Notes under the pieces: model-generated
The model's database searches: none
What the model saw: only the letters and a program-made list of their open reading frames with translations
What the model was told of the DNA's origin: nothing
Position numbers and translations under genes: made by a program
Shown: positions 10,928 to 19,282 of the stretch, piece after piece
Layout of the letters: every line of letters starts with the position of its first letter
Numbering within the stretch: position 1 is the stretch's first letter
From: Acidobacteriota bacterium
GTDB taxonomy: Bacteria; Acidobacteriota; Thermoanaerobaculia; Multivoradales; JAGPDF01
NCBI GenBank assembly: GCA_045862895.1
Contig: BTUO01000007.1
Span: 67,615-131,614, forward strand
Direction of reading: 5' to 3'
DNA length: 64,000 nt

Positions 10928-13753
10928 TCAAGGCGCTCCGCTCCACCGCGAGGTATCCCCACTCTCGAACCCGTCGCGGAAAACACCGTGGACGATCGCC
11001 CAGAGCTCGGTGCCGGTGCCGTCGTCGGCGGCGAAGAAGATGCGGTCGCCGGCTTCGACGAAGACGGGCTCGTCCGGATCCCAGGGCCAGCCGTAGTAGT
11101 CGAGGAGCCACTCGAGCCAGGGGATCGGCAACGAAGAGAGCGGGCCCGGCGCGACCTCCTCGAGCTGGAAGGTTCCGGCGGTGGTGCCGTTGGTGACGAA
11201 GCCTTCGCAGCCGAATGCGATCCGGCAGGCCGCGAAGTAGACCCGACTGCCGATCTTCGACAGCCCGGACGGGCGTGAGGAGCCCGGTCCCGGCTCGAGG
11301 TCGAGGAGGCGCCCCGTCCCCGCCTCGGTGCCGTCGCTGGCCCAGAGCTCGCAGCCGCCCACGGGGTCGCAGGCCCGGAAGATCACCTTGCCGCCGACGA
11401 CCACGCCGGCGCCGATCGACGAGTCGGGCTCGCCGGGCCAGATGTCGCGCAATAGATGGGTACCCGCTGAAGTTCCGTCGCTCACCCAGAGCTCGGCGCC
11501 GGTCGGAGGTTCGGCCGTGCTCACCCCGGCGAACAGGACGCGCCCGCTCACCACCCCCAGCGGCTCCGGGTCGCGGGAGTAGACGCCGGTCGCGATGATC
11601 TCGGGAGGTTGACCGGACCCCGCCGAGTAGCGCAGGACCGAAGTCCCGGTCTCGTAGCGACCGGCGAAGTAGCTCCCGACCGCGGGGTCGATCGGCCAGA
11701 GGCTCGCGCGATGGAAGTCGGTCGTCGTCCCCGGCAGGGAATCCACCACCTCCGTCGTCTCCGGAGTGCCGCGGCTGCGCCAGACGCTCTCGACGTCGTC
11801 GACGTCGACCGCGGTGAACCAGATCTCCGCTCCCACCTGGCTGAGCTGCGAGGGCGAGGCCGAATCCGGACCGGGGATCAGATCGAGCAGAGGCGACGTC
11901 CCGCCCGGCGTGCCGTCGGTGCGCCAGAGCTCGCTGCCGTAGTCCGCTGTCCAGTCCACGAAGAGGGCGAAACCGCCCGCGACCGGCGGCGCGTGACCGA
12001 GGCCGGTCGAACAGCGCGCCCCACAGGAGTACGAAAGCTTGGCGACCGGCGGTGGAAGCTCGTCGCCCGACCAGAGCTCGCTGTAGCCGTAACGACCGTC
12101 GCCGTCGTAGTCGGTGTTGGCGACGAACCCACCGTCGCCGAGATCCGCGAAGTGCGTCCAGCCATACAGCCAGTCGATGGGGGGCGAACCGAGCCAACTC
12201 GTCCCGACCTCGCTGCCGTCGCTCCGGAAGGGGTGACGGACCCAGGGCGCAGCCAGCGCGTCGAAGTAGACGCGCTCGCCGACCCGCGCCAGGCGGAGCG
12301 GATCCGACGGCGAGACCGTGCGGCCCAGGTCGGCGATGGGGACGGTCCCCGCCGCCGTGCCGTCGGTCGACCAGAGCCGCCCTTCGTATTCGAAGAGCTC
12401 GTATCCGTCCTGCTCTCCGAGGAGTCGGAGATTCCGGATGTCCTCCCGACCCGGCTCGAGGTCCTTCACCAAGCCGGTGCCGGCTGCCGTCCCGTCGGTG
12501 ATCCAGAGCTCGCGCCCGTGAACGCCGTCGTCGAGGGGAAGCAGCACCTGGCCGCCCAGCGTCGCGGTGGGCCAGCCGGCGGCCGCGGAGTCTCCGGGGC
12601 CCGGTCGCACGTCGGCGAGCAGGTGCGTCCCCTCGGGAGTTCCGTCCGTCGTCCACGGCTCCACGCCGTGCGCCGCGTCGCGGGCGAAGAAGATCCAGCC
12701 GTTCGCGACCGGCAGGGGGCGACCGAAGGATGGAGCCGCGGCCTGCGGCAGGGTGGTCACCTGGAGCGTCCCGTCCACGGTGCCGTCGGTGACCCAGAGC
12801 TGGATCGCCCCGCCCTTGTCGATCTCGAGCAGCGCGCGGTCGCCCCGGACCGCGAGCGGCCGGACGTGCGCCGAATCGCCGACCGGTACGGACAGGAGCC
12901 GCTCGGCACCTTCCGCGGGACCGTCGATCCGCCAGAGCTCGACCGGGCCGCCGTAGGTCCAGGCGGTCAGGAGCATCGCCGACGGCAGCGCCGCGAAATC
13001 GGCCACTCGGCTCGCGAAGGACTCCGGCTCGAAGTCCCAAACGGCGACGGTGCCGGCCGCGGTTCCGTCCGTACGCCAGACTTCCCGGCCGTGAACCCCG
13101 TCGTCGGCGAGGAAGTAGAAGTCCGGACCCCGGAAGCCGTTCTCGCGGAACTCGTTGCTCCAGCCGCCGCCGCTGCCCGCCGCGCCCGGATTCAGGTCCG
13201 CGAGCAGCGCGGTGCCCTCCGGCGTCCCGTCGGTTCGCCAGGGCTCCCATCCGGTCTCCGGCAGGTACCGATGGAAGTAGCTCCAGGGATCCCCCGCCGC
13301 GAATCCGCGGAATCCGTAGGTCGGGGCCGGACCCGGTGTCGCGTCGAGCAGGAGGTAGGTGCCTTCCGGCGTGCCGTCCGTACGCCAGAGCTCGCGGCCG
13401 GTCGCGGCGACGATCCCCTCGAAGAAGGTCTGCCCGCCGGCCTGGCCGTAGGCCTCCTCGATCCGGGCGCCGGCCTCGCCGAGGTGGGCGACCGGCGTCA
13501 TCGCGCCGGCGGCGGGCTCGACTTCGAAGATCCGGCAGCCATCGCCCGCCGGATCGACGAAGACGAAGCCGGGGAGCCGGTCGAGGTGCGGCGTGTAGCC
13601 GTAGCCGCGGCAGGGGCCGCCCCGAACCTCCTGCCAGCTGTCGCGGTTGAGATCCGCGACGCGATACGGGGTCTGAGCCGGGAGCGCGGCGGCGACCAGC
13701 CCGGCGAGCAGGCCGATCGGGATCCTTCGTACGACGAGAGTGGTCGGCGTCAT
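10928..13753 (-). CDS. ELWxxDGT-repeat secreted protein
   Basis: The likely start is the ATG at 13753 (MTPTTLVVRRIPIGLLAGLVAAALPAQTPYRVADLNRD) with a GGAGG 6 nt upstream. It carries ELWRTDGTPEGT repeats. The C-terminus reads FRDGFESGDTSRWSGAP. Confidence 0.8.
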   Translation of the reverse strand: MTPTTLVVRRIPIGLLAGLVAAALPAQTPYRVADLNRDSWQEVRGGPCRGYGYTPHLDRLPGFVFVDPAGDGCRIFEVEPAAGAMTPVAHLGEAGARIEEAYGQAGGQTFFEGIVAATGRELWRTDGTPEGTYLLLDATPGPAPTYGFRGFAAGDPWSYFHRYLPETGWEPWRTDGTPEGTALLADLNPGAAGSGGGWSNEFRENGFRGPDFYFLADDGVHGREVWRTDGTAAGTVAVWDFEPESFASRVADFAALPSAMLLTAWTYGGPVELWRIDGPAEGAERLLSVPVGDSAHVRPLAVRGDRALLEIDKGGAIQLWVTDGTVDGTLQVTTLPQAAAPSFGRPLPVANGWIFFARDAAHGVEPWTTDGTPEGTHLLADVRPGPGDSAAAGWPTATLGGQVLLPLDDGVHGRELWITDGTAAGTGLVKDLEPGREDIRNLRLLGEQDGYELFEYEGRLWSTDGTAAGTVPIADLGRTVSPSDPLRLARVGERVYFDALAAPWVRHPFRSDGSEVGTSWLGSPPIDWLYGWTHFADLGDGGFVANTDYDGDGRYGYSELWSGDELPPPVAKLSYSCGARCSTGLGHAPPVAGGFALFVDWTADYGSELWRTDGTPGGTSPLLDLIPGPDSASPSQLSQVGAEIWFTAVDVDDVESVWRSRGTPETTEVVDSLPGTTTDFHRASLWPIDPAVGSYFAGRYETGTSVLRYSAGSGQPPEIIATGVYSRDPEPLGVVSGRVLFAGVSTAEPPTGAELWVSDGTSAGTHLLRDIWPGEPDSSIGAGVVVGGKVIFRACDPVGGCELWASDGTEAGTGRLLDLEPGPGSSRPSGLSKIGSRVYFAACRIAFGCEGFVTNGTTAGTFQLEEVAPGPLSSLPIPWLEWLLDYYGWPWDPDEPVFVEAGDRIFFAADDGTGTELWAIVHGVFRDGFESGDTSRWSGAP

Positions 13754-13918
13754 CGAACGCCTCCTCGGGGTCGACCGGCGGCCAGTCGTGAGGGGTCGTG
13801 GTTCCGGCGCGATCGGATGTCCACCGCTCGAGCGCGGGGGGTCGTTCGCTGCCCGGATTCGACAGCAGCATGTTAGCACCGCCGCGAGCCGCCGGCTGTG
13901 ACCCCGGTCAGGTCCGGC

Positions 13919-14872
13919 TCAGCGCGCGAAACTCTCGTCGATCCAGCGGGTTAGGCCGGGAGCGAGGTCGACCAGCTCGGCCTCGGTGACGCGCAGGCCC
14001 GAGCGGGCGGCTTCCGCCAGCCAGCGGCGCAGTCCGACGTTGCCCTTCTTCACCCAGAGGACATCGGCGCCGCGCAGGAACTGGCCCTGGTACCAGAGCT
14101 CCTCCTCCACCGGCAGGTCGCGGCGGTAGCCGTCGAGGCGGCGCGCCGCGACGCCCCCCTGCGCCGCGGCGATGCGGTCGAAGAGGTCGGCGATCGCCGG
14201 CATCTGGCCGGGGTCGGTGCGCTCCCAGGCCAGACGCGCCAGCGCGTGCGCGAGCAGACCGTCGATCCAGGGCGCGTCGCCGCGGAGCCCCGAGGCGCGC
14301 GCCCAGGCCGCGGCGAGCTCGGCCTGGAGGACGGCGTCGGCGACCACCAGGCTCGCGGCCTCCTCGGCGCTGCCGATCAGCGGGTCGCCCGGCAGCGCCG
14401 GCAGGAAACCGCCGGTCAGCTTCCGGGCGAGCTCGACGGTCGACGGATCGCCGGTCGACGCCACCGCGAGCTCGAGGTCGCCGACGCTCGCCGGCAGCCC
14501 CCAGGGGCGATCGAGACCGGCCGCCTCCCAGTGCTCGCGATCGAGCACGCGCAGGCGCGGGATCAACGTCCCGCGCCCCTTCGGCACCATCGCCATCAAC
14601 GCCTCGACCACGCCGTCGACCCGTTGCTGGAGAGCCGCCGCGCGGTCGAGCGAGCCCGGCACGTAACGGACCTCGCAGAAACGGCCCTGCAGCAGCAGCA
14701 GGTCGGGGTTGCGCTCGAGCGGATCGGCGTCGAGCTCGACCGGCGCCGGCAGCGGCGTGCCCGGCGGCGGCAGCGCCCGGCGGCCGCCGGTCGAACAGGC
14801 CGGCAGCGAAGCGAGCAGGGACAGCGCGAGGACCGGGGCGGCCCAGGAGCGAATGCGGGCGTCGATCGACAT
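13919..14872 (-). CDS. hypothetical lipoprotein
   Basis: The N-terminus MSIDARIRSWAAPVLALSLLASLPACSTGG has a signal peptide and an L-P-A-C lipobox. Amino-acid composition is normal, unlike the overlapping Arg-rich ORF 13908..14906. Confidence 0.6.
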   Translation of the reverse strand: MSIDARIRSWAAPVLALSLLASLPACSTGGRRALPPPGTPLPAPVELDADPLERNPDLLLLQGRFCEVRYVPGSLDRAAALQQRVDGVVEALMAMVPKGRGTLIPRLRVLDREHWEAAGLDRPWGLPASVGDLELAVASTGDPSTVELARKLTGGFLPALPGDPLIGSAEEAASLVVADAVLQAELAAAWARASGLRGDAPWIDGLLAHALARLAWERTDPGQMPAIADLFDRIAAAQGGVAARRLDGYRRDLPVEEELWYQGQFLRGADVLWVKKGNVGLRRWLAEAARSGLRVTEAELVDLAPGLTRWIDESFAR

Positions 14873-14877
14873 GGGGC

Positions 14878-14901
14878 GAGTCTATGCGCGGCGATAGACT
14901 C
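14878..14901. promoter_or_regulatory. 8-bp perfect inverted repeat GAGTCTAT-N8-ATAGACTC in the 36-bp divergent intergenic region
   Basis: Read directly from the sequence as gagtctatgcgcggcgatagactc. It lies between the lipoprotein start (14872, minus) and the quinone oxidoreductase start (14909, plus). Confidence 0.4.
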
Positions 14902-14908
14902 GGCAATC

Positions 14909-15991
14909 GTGAAGGCCTTCCGCATCGCGGCCCACGGCGGGCCGGAAGCCCTCGAGTGGACGGAGCTGCCGGAGCCGGCGGCCGGGCCCGGCGAGGTGCG
15001 GGTCCGCGTGCGCGCCTGCGGCGTCAACCACCTCGACCTCTGGGTGCGCAACGGCGTGCCCGGTCACCGATTTCCGCTGCCGCTCGTCCCGGGCAGCGAG
15101 GTCGCGGGCACGGTCGACGCGCTCGGAGCCGGCGTCGACGACCTCGCCATCGGCGAGCCGGTCCTGCTCGGCCCCGGCGTCGCCTGCGGCCACTGCCTGC
15201 GCTGCCGCTCGGGGCAGGACCACCTCTGCGCCGACTACGGCCTGCTCGGCGAGCACCGCGACGGCGGCTACGCCGAGCTCGTCTCGGTGCCCCGGCGCAA
15301 CGTCTTTCCGATCCCGCGCGGGCTCTCGTTCGCCGAGGCGGCGGCGGTGCCGCTGGTCTTCCTCACCGCCTGGCACATGCTGGCCGACCGCGCCGAGCTC
15401 GCCGCCCACGAGGACGTGCTGCTCCACGCCGCCGGCTCGGGCGTGACCACCGCCGGCATCCAGATCGCCAGGCTCCTGGGCGCGGGCAGGATCCTGGTCA
15501 CCTCGAGCTCGGACGAGAAGCTGGCGCGCGCGCGCGCCCTGGGCGCCACCCACGGGCTGCGCAGCGACGCCGGCGACTTCGCGCGCGAGGCGCGCGCGGC
15601 GACCGGCGGGCGCGGCGTCGACGTCGTCTTCGACCACGTCGGCGGCGAGCTGCTCGAGCGCAGTTTCAAGTGCCTGGCGCGCGGCGGGCGAATCGTGACC
15701 TGCGGCGCCACCGCCGGCGCCGAGGCGCGCGTGCCGCTGCGCGCCGTCTTCTTCAAGAACCTGTCGCTGCTGGGCTCGACCATGGGCTCGCTCGGCGAGC
15801 TCGAGCGGCTGCTGCCCTGGTTCGAGACCGGGGCGCTCGCGCCGGTGGTCGCCGACGTCCTGCCGCTCGAGCGCGCCGGCGCGGCGCAGGAGCGGCTCGC
15901 CGGGCGCGGCGTCTTCGGCAAGCTGGTGCTCGACGCGGGGCGCGCGCACGAAGTGCCGCGCCCGAAGGAGGTCTCCGATGGAAGCCCGTGA
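14909..15991 (+). CDS. NADPH:quinone oxidoreductase / zinc-binding alcohol dehydrogenase family (MDR superfamily)
   Basis: A GTG start gives MKAFRIAAHGGPEALEWTELPEP, the classic quinone-oxidoreductase N-terminus. It also has GVNHLDLWVRNG, a Zn-ADH-like CGHCLRCRSGQDHLC, and the Rossmann motif HAAGSGVTTAGIQIARLLGA. The upstream part of track ORF 14246..15991 is antisense of the lipoprotein gene. Confidence 0.85.
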   Translation: MKAFRIAAHGGPEALEWTELPEPAAGPGEVRVRVRACGVNHLDLWVRNGVPGHRFPLPLVPGSEVAGTVDALGAGVDDLAIGEPVLLGPGVACGHCLRCRSGQDHLCADYGLLGEHRDGGYAELVSVPRRNVFPIPRGLSFAEAAAVPLVFLTAWHMLADRAELAAHEDVLLHAAGSGVTTAGIQIARLLGAGRILVTSSSDEKLARARALGATHGLRSDAGDFAREARAATGGRGVDVVFDHVGGELLERSFKCLARGGRIVTCGATAGAEARVPLRAVFFKNLSLLGSTMGSLGELERLLPWFETGALAPVVADVLPLERAGAAQERLAGRGVFGKLVLDAGRAHEVPRPKEVSDGSP

Positions 15992-16637
15992 GTTCGTCGC
16001 CGGCCTGGTGGCCGAGATGCAGCAGCTCTTCGCCAAGCTGGGGGATCAGGGGGCGCTCGAGGCCGAGTCCGACGGCAACGTCGAGGTCGTCACCCTGCTC
16101 GAGCTGGCGTTGAAGAGCGAGATCGAGGCCGCCGAGCTCGCCGGCTTCTTCCTGCCGACGACCGCCGAGATCGACGCCAAGATGGTCTTCGCCCGCCAGT
16201 GCGGCGACGAGATGAAGCACTACCACCTGATCTCGGAGCGTCTGCGTCAGCTCGGTCGCGACGTCTCGCAGATCGACCCGCTCGCCGACGGTTACAGTCC
16301 GCTCTACCACTACGTGAAGGGACTGCGCACCACGGTCGAGCGCGTCGCCGCGGGACCGTTCGCGCGCGAAGCGATCGCCGAGGTGCGCAACGAGCAGTTC
16401 ATCGCGCTGTGCGAGCGGCAGGGGGACGCCGAGACCGCGCGGCTCTACCGCGAGACCATCCAGCCGGAGGAGGTCCTTCACCACCGGCTCGGCCGCGAGC
16501 TGCTCGAGAAGTACTGCACCACCCCCGAGCTCCAGGAGGCGGCGGCCACCGCCGCGCGCGCCACCCTGGCGATCGCCGACGAGCTGTCGGCGCTCGCCGA
16601 GAAGACCACCGGGATGCACCCGATCCCGGCTTCCTGA
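15978..16637 (+). CDS. ferritin-like diiron-carboxylate domain protein
   Basis: A GGAGG lies 6 nt upstream of the ATG. Two ExxH motifs are present (DEMKHYH and EEVLHH) and the protein is helical and acidic. The start overlaps the oxidoreductase 3' end by 14 nt. Confidence 0.65.
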   Translation: MEAREFVAGLVAEMQQLFAKLGDQGALEAESDGNVEVVTLLELALKSEIEAAELAGFFLPTTAEIDAKMVFARQCGDEMKHYHLISERLRQLGRDVSQIDPLADGYSPLYHYVKGLRTTVERVAAGPFAREAIAEVRNEQFIALCERQGDAETARLYRETIQPEEVLHHRLGRELLEKYCTTPELQEAAATAARATLAIADELSALAEKTTGMHPIPAS

Positions 16638-16659
16638 TCCTTTCGCGGAGGGCAAGACC

Positions 16660-17535
16660 TTGGAGATCCAGAACGTCGCCGTCCTCGGCGCCGGCACGAT
16701 GGGGCGCGGCATCGCCCACGTCGCCGCCTTCGCCGGCTTCGACACCGTCCTCTACGACGTCGACGACAAGGCGTTGGCGCGCGCCGAGGAGTCGATCCAC
16801 AAGAACCTCGACAAGGGAGTCTCGCTCGGCAAGGTGCCGGCGGCCGACGCCGCCGCGGCCAAGGCGCGGCTGGCGCTCGACAACGACCTCGCCGCCGCGG
16901 TCGAGGAGGCCGACCTGGTGATCGAGGCCGCGCCCGAGTCGATGCGGCTCAAGATCGAGCTGTTCGGCGAGGTCGCCAAGTACGCGCCGTCGGCGGCGCT
17001 CTTCGCCTCGAACACCTCGTCGCTTTCGGTCACCGAGATGGCCGCCGCGTCGGGGCGCGCCGACCGCTTCTGCGGCATGCACTTCTTCAATCCGGTGCAC
17101 CTGATGAAGCTGCTCGAGATCGTGCGCGGGCTCGAGACCTCGGAGGCGACGATCGCCGCGATCCGCGAGGTCGGCGAGCGCATGGGCAAGACCTGCGTCG
17201 TGGTCGCCGACGTCCCCGGATTCGCCACCTCGCGGATCAACGCGCTGATCGGCAACGAGGCCTTCCGCATGCTCGAGCAGGGGGTGGCGTCGGCCGCCGA
17301 CATCGACACCGCGGTCAAGCTCGGGCTCAACCACCCGATGGGCCCGTTCGAGATGGCCGACCTGGTCGGGCTCGACGTGCGCCTGTCGATCCTCGACCAC
17401 CTCCACGCGACCCTGGGCGAGACCTTCCGCCCGTCGAACCTGATGCGCCGCTACGTCGCCGCCGGCCGCCTCGGCAGGAAGGTCGGCAAAGGCGTCTACG
17501 ACTACGACGCCGAGGGCCGCCGCCTCGAACCCTGA
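16660..17535 (+). CDS. 3-hydroxyacyl-CoA / 3-hydroxybutyryl-CoA dehydrogenase
   Basis: A TTG start with a GGAGGG 7 nt upstream gives MEIQNVAVLGAGTMGRGIAHV (NAD-binding GxGxxG). The protein also has NTSSLSVTEMAAAS, HFFNPVHLMKLLEIV, and a C-terminal NHPMGPFEMADLVGLD typical of Hbd/FadB family dehydrogenases. Confidence 0.85.
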   Translation: MEIQNVAVLGAGTMGRGIAHVAAFAGFDTVLYDVDDKALARAEESIHKNLDKGVSLGKVPAADAAAAKARLALDNDLAAAVEEADLVIEAAPESMRLKIELFGEVAKYAPSAALFASNTSSLSVTEMAAASGRADRFCGMHFFNPVHLMKLLEIVRGLETSEATIAAIREVGERMGKTCVVVADVPGFATSRINALIGNEAFRMLEQGVASAADIDTAVKLGLNHPMGPFEMADLVGLDVRLSILDHLHATLGETFRPSNLMRRYVAAGRLGRKVGKGVYDYDAEGRRLEP

Positions 17536-17676
17536 TCCGTCTCGCCGGGAGATCCGGTGACAGGATGGTTGATGATCCTGTCACCGGATCTCAGCGTCGC
17601 CGCCGGCCGCCTCGGCAAGAAGGTCGGCAAGGGCGTCTACGACTATGACGCCGTGGGGCGGCGCCTCGAGCCCTGA
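17454..17676. repeat. direct duplication (about 82 bp, roughly 90% identical) of the 3' end of the dehydrogenase gene, flanking the hairpin
   Basis: Copy 1 (17454..17535) is cgtcgccgccggccgcctcggcaggaaggtcggcaaaggcgtctacgactacgacgccgagggccgccgcctcgaaccctga. Copy 2 (17596..17676) is cgtcgccgccggccgcctcggcaagaaggtcggcaagggcgtctacgactatgacgccgtggggcggcgcctcgagccctga. They encode AAGRLGRKVGKGVYDYDAEGRRLEP* and AAGRLGKKVGKGVYDYDAVGRRLEP*. Confidence 0.85.
17551..17590. terminator. perfect 15-bp-stem hairpin (GATCCGGTGACAGGA ... TCCTGTCACCGGATC) with a 10-nt AT-rich loop
   Basis: Read directly. It lies 16 nt after the dehydrogenase stop, between convergent genes. It is a likely bidirectional terminator, with no U-tract. 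Confidence 0.45.
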
Positions 17677-17690
17677 GGCGCGGCGACGGG

Positions 17691-18806
17691 CTACCCTGCC
17701 GAGGCGAGCGGCAGCGTCGCGCCCGCGCGGTGGCTGGCGGCGACCACCGCCTCGTGCCAGTTGACCAGCAGCGCTCCCTCCGGCGCGGTCAGCTCCTCCC
17801 ACAGCTCGCGGCAGAAGGCACGGAAGCCGGCGAGGCGCTCGCGCGCGAACTCCGGCCAGGCCTCGGCGAGGGGGCGGCGGCGGACGTCGGTGATCCGGAA
17901 GCGGGGCGAGACGCCGTACGCCGCCGGGACGACATTGCCGCCCGCTTCGAGCACCAGCAGGCCGAGGCGTTCAGCGGCCGGGGCGTCAGCGCCGTCGAGC
18001 GGCGGCGCTCCGGCCTCCGGAAGGTCCGCGTAGACCAGCTCCGGCGCCTCGCGCAGATCCTCGCGATAGAGCAGGTCGAGCTGGACCTTCAAGGCCCCCT
18101 GGTGACGCAACGCGAGCCCGAACGCGGCGACGTAGGCGCGGGCGAGCAGCTCGTCGTCCGGGGCTTCGCCGGAGAGGACCTCGGCGGCGCGGCCGGTGCG
18201 CTCGAGCGGATGGATCTGGAGAAGCCGGGCCCCCTGCGCGACGGCGTACTCGCCCAGCCACTCGAGGTGGGGGGCGCTGCGCCGCGTCAGCGTGTGGATG
18301 AAGCCGAACGGGATTCCCGACGCGCGCACCGCGTCGAGCCCGGCCTCGAGCCGCTCGAAGGCGCGGCGCGAGCCGCGGATCTCGTCGTGCAGCTCGCGCG
18401 GGCCGTCGAGGCTGATTGCGAGCACGTCGATCGCGTCCGCGATGCGCGCCAGCCGGCCGTCGCCGGTGAAGAAGCCGTTGGTGGTGACGGTGGTGCGCAG
18501 TCCGAGCTCGCGGGCCCGGGCGAGCGAGCGCTCGAGGCCGCGCCAGACGAGCGGCTCGCCGCCCGAGAACGAGACGACGCGGTAGCCGAGCGCCGCGGCG
18601 TCGGTGATCGCCTGCTCGACGACCGCCGGCTCGAGCTCGAGCGCGGCGGCCGGCCCCGAGCTCGAGTAGCAGTGCTTGCAGGCGAGGTTGCAGCGCAGCG
18701 ACGGGTGAATCTGGAGAATCGCGGTCCCGGCGGGGCCGGGCGTCCTGCCGGTCTCGCCGGAACCGCCGGCTCCGGCGGACTCGCACGCTTCCGTTCCGGA
18801 GCGCAT
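17691..18806 (-). CDS. radical SAM enzyme (MoaA/PqqE-like core without a C-terminal SPASM/twitch Cys cluster)
   Basis: The ATG at 18806 has a GAGGAG 7 nt upstream. The N-terminus MRSGTEACESAG...LQIHPSLRCNLACKHCY carries the CxxxCxxC motif. It also has SFSGGEPLVW, TTNGFF and ISLDG. Only one further Cys occurs in the C-terminal half. The upstream 5' part of track ORF 17691..19850 is Arg-rich read-through. Confidence 0.8.
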   Translation of the reverse strand: MRSGTEACESAGAGGSGETGRTPGPAGTAILQIHPSLRCNLACKHCYSSSGPAAALELEPAVVEQAITDAAALGYRVVSFSGGEPLVWRGLERSLARARELGLRTTVTTNGFFTGDGRLARIADAIDVLAISLDGPRELHDEIRGSRRAFERLEAGLDAVRASGIPFGFIHTLTRRSAPHLEWLGEYAVAQGARLLQIHPLERTGRAAEVLSGEAPDDELLARAYVAAFGLALRHQGALKVQLDLLYREDLREAPELVYADLPEAGAPPLDGADAPAAERLGLLVLEAGGNVVPAAYGVSPRFRITDVRRRPLAEAWPEFARERLAGFRAFCRELWEELTAPEGALLVNWHEAVVAASHRAGATLPLASAG

Positions 18807-18817
18807 CGAGCTGCTCC

Positions 18818-19183
18818 TCAGTAGCCGCCGTGGCGGCCGGGCTGGACCGGCGCCCCGAGCTCGATCTCGACGCGGAAGATCTCCGGCCACGGAATGCCGT
18901 AGGGGAAGAGGCGCACTCCCCCCAGCCGCGGCGTCTGCAGCAGGATCTCGCCGAGCACGCGCGCGGCGTCGCCGCCGTCGACGATTCCCGAGAGGGCGAC
19001 CGCGTCGACGATCGGCGGCTGGCCCTTGGGGAACGCCTTGAGCTTCTTGATGCCGTGACGCTGGAGCCGCGCGATGATCGCCACCAGCTCCTTCAGATTG
19101 TCGCGGTCCATGCCGCACCAGCGCAGCTCCGCGCCGACGGCCTCTTCGATCGACACCTTCGCTTCTTCCTTCGCACCGGCCAT
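18818..19183 (-). CDS. hypothetical 121-aa protein, co-transcribed upstream partner of the radical SAM gene
   Basis: A GGAGG lies 5 nt upstream of the ATG at 19183. Its stop is 9 nt upstream of the radical-SAM start codon. Composition is normal (MAGAKEEAKVSIEEAVGAELRWCGMDRDNLKELVAIIARLQRHGIKKL ... GRHGGY). I recognise no family. Confidence 0.5.
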   Translation of the reverse strand: MAGAKEEAKVSIEEAVGAELRWCGMDRDNLKELVAIIARLQRHGIKKLKAFPKGQPPIVDAVALSGIVDGGDAARVLGEILLQTPRLGGVRLFPYGIPWPEIFRVEIELGAPVQPGRHGGY

Positions 19184-19207
19184 GACGACCTCCCTGTCGC
19201 GAGTTGC

Positions 19208-19245
19208 GGGGGCGCCCGCGCTCGAACGAACGCGGGTGCGCCCCC
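19208..19245. promoter_or_regulatory. GC-rich imperfect inverted repeat (GGGGGCGCCCGCG - 10 nt - CGCGGGTGCGCCCCC) in the divergent region between the small-protein/rSAM operon and the sigma factor gene
   Basis: Read directly from the sequence. It could be an operator or a 5'-UTR structure. Confidence 0.3.
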
Positions 19246-19282
19246 TTGTCCTCCTCGCCGCACGAAGGCGGTTCCTTTTGAC

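Noticed and set aside
8118-13871. Single 1917-aa ORF spanning two ELWxxDGT genes
   Set aside because: The N-terminal roughly 990 aa are Arg-rich nonsense in the antisense-like frame of gene 10928..13753. The real start is the internal ATG at 10898, which has an SD and a signal peptide.
14246-15991. 581-aa version of the quinone oxidoreductase ORF (and 17691..19850 and 18830..19882 long versions of the rSAM and sigma genes)
   Set aside because: The upstream extensions are read-through into neighbouring genes' antisense with aberrant composition. Conserved N-termini (MKAFRIAAHGGPEAL; MRSGTEA...CNLACKHC; MGAPAP...) mark the real starts.
18818-19183. 121-aa protein ending in Tyr as a mycofactocin-like (MftA) precursor for the adjacent radical SAM
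   Set aside because: It is far longer than MftA-type precursors. The rSAM lacks a SPASM domain. No MftB/D/E/F-like genes are present. Kept only as an unassigned partner protein.
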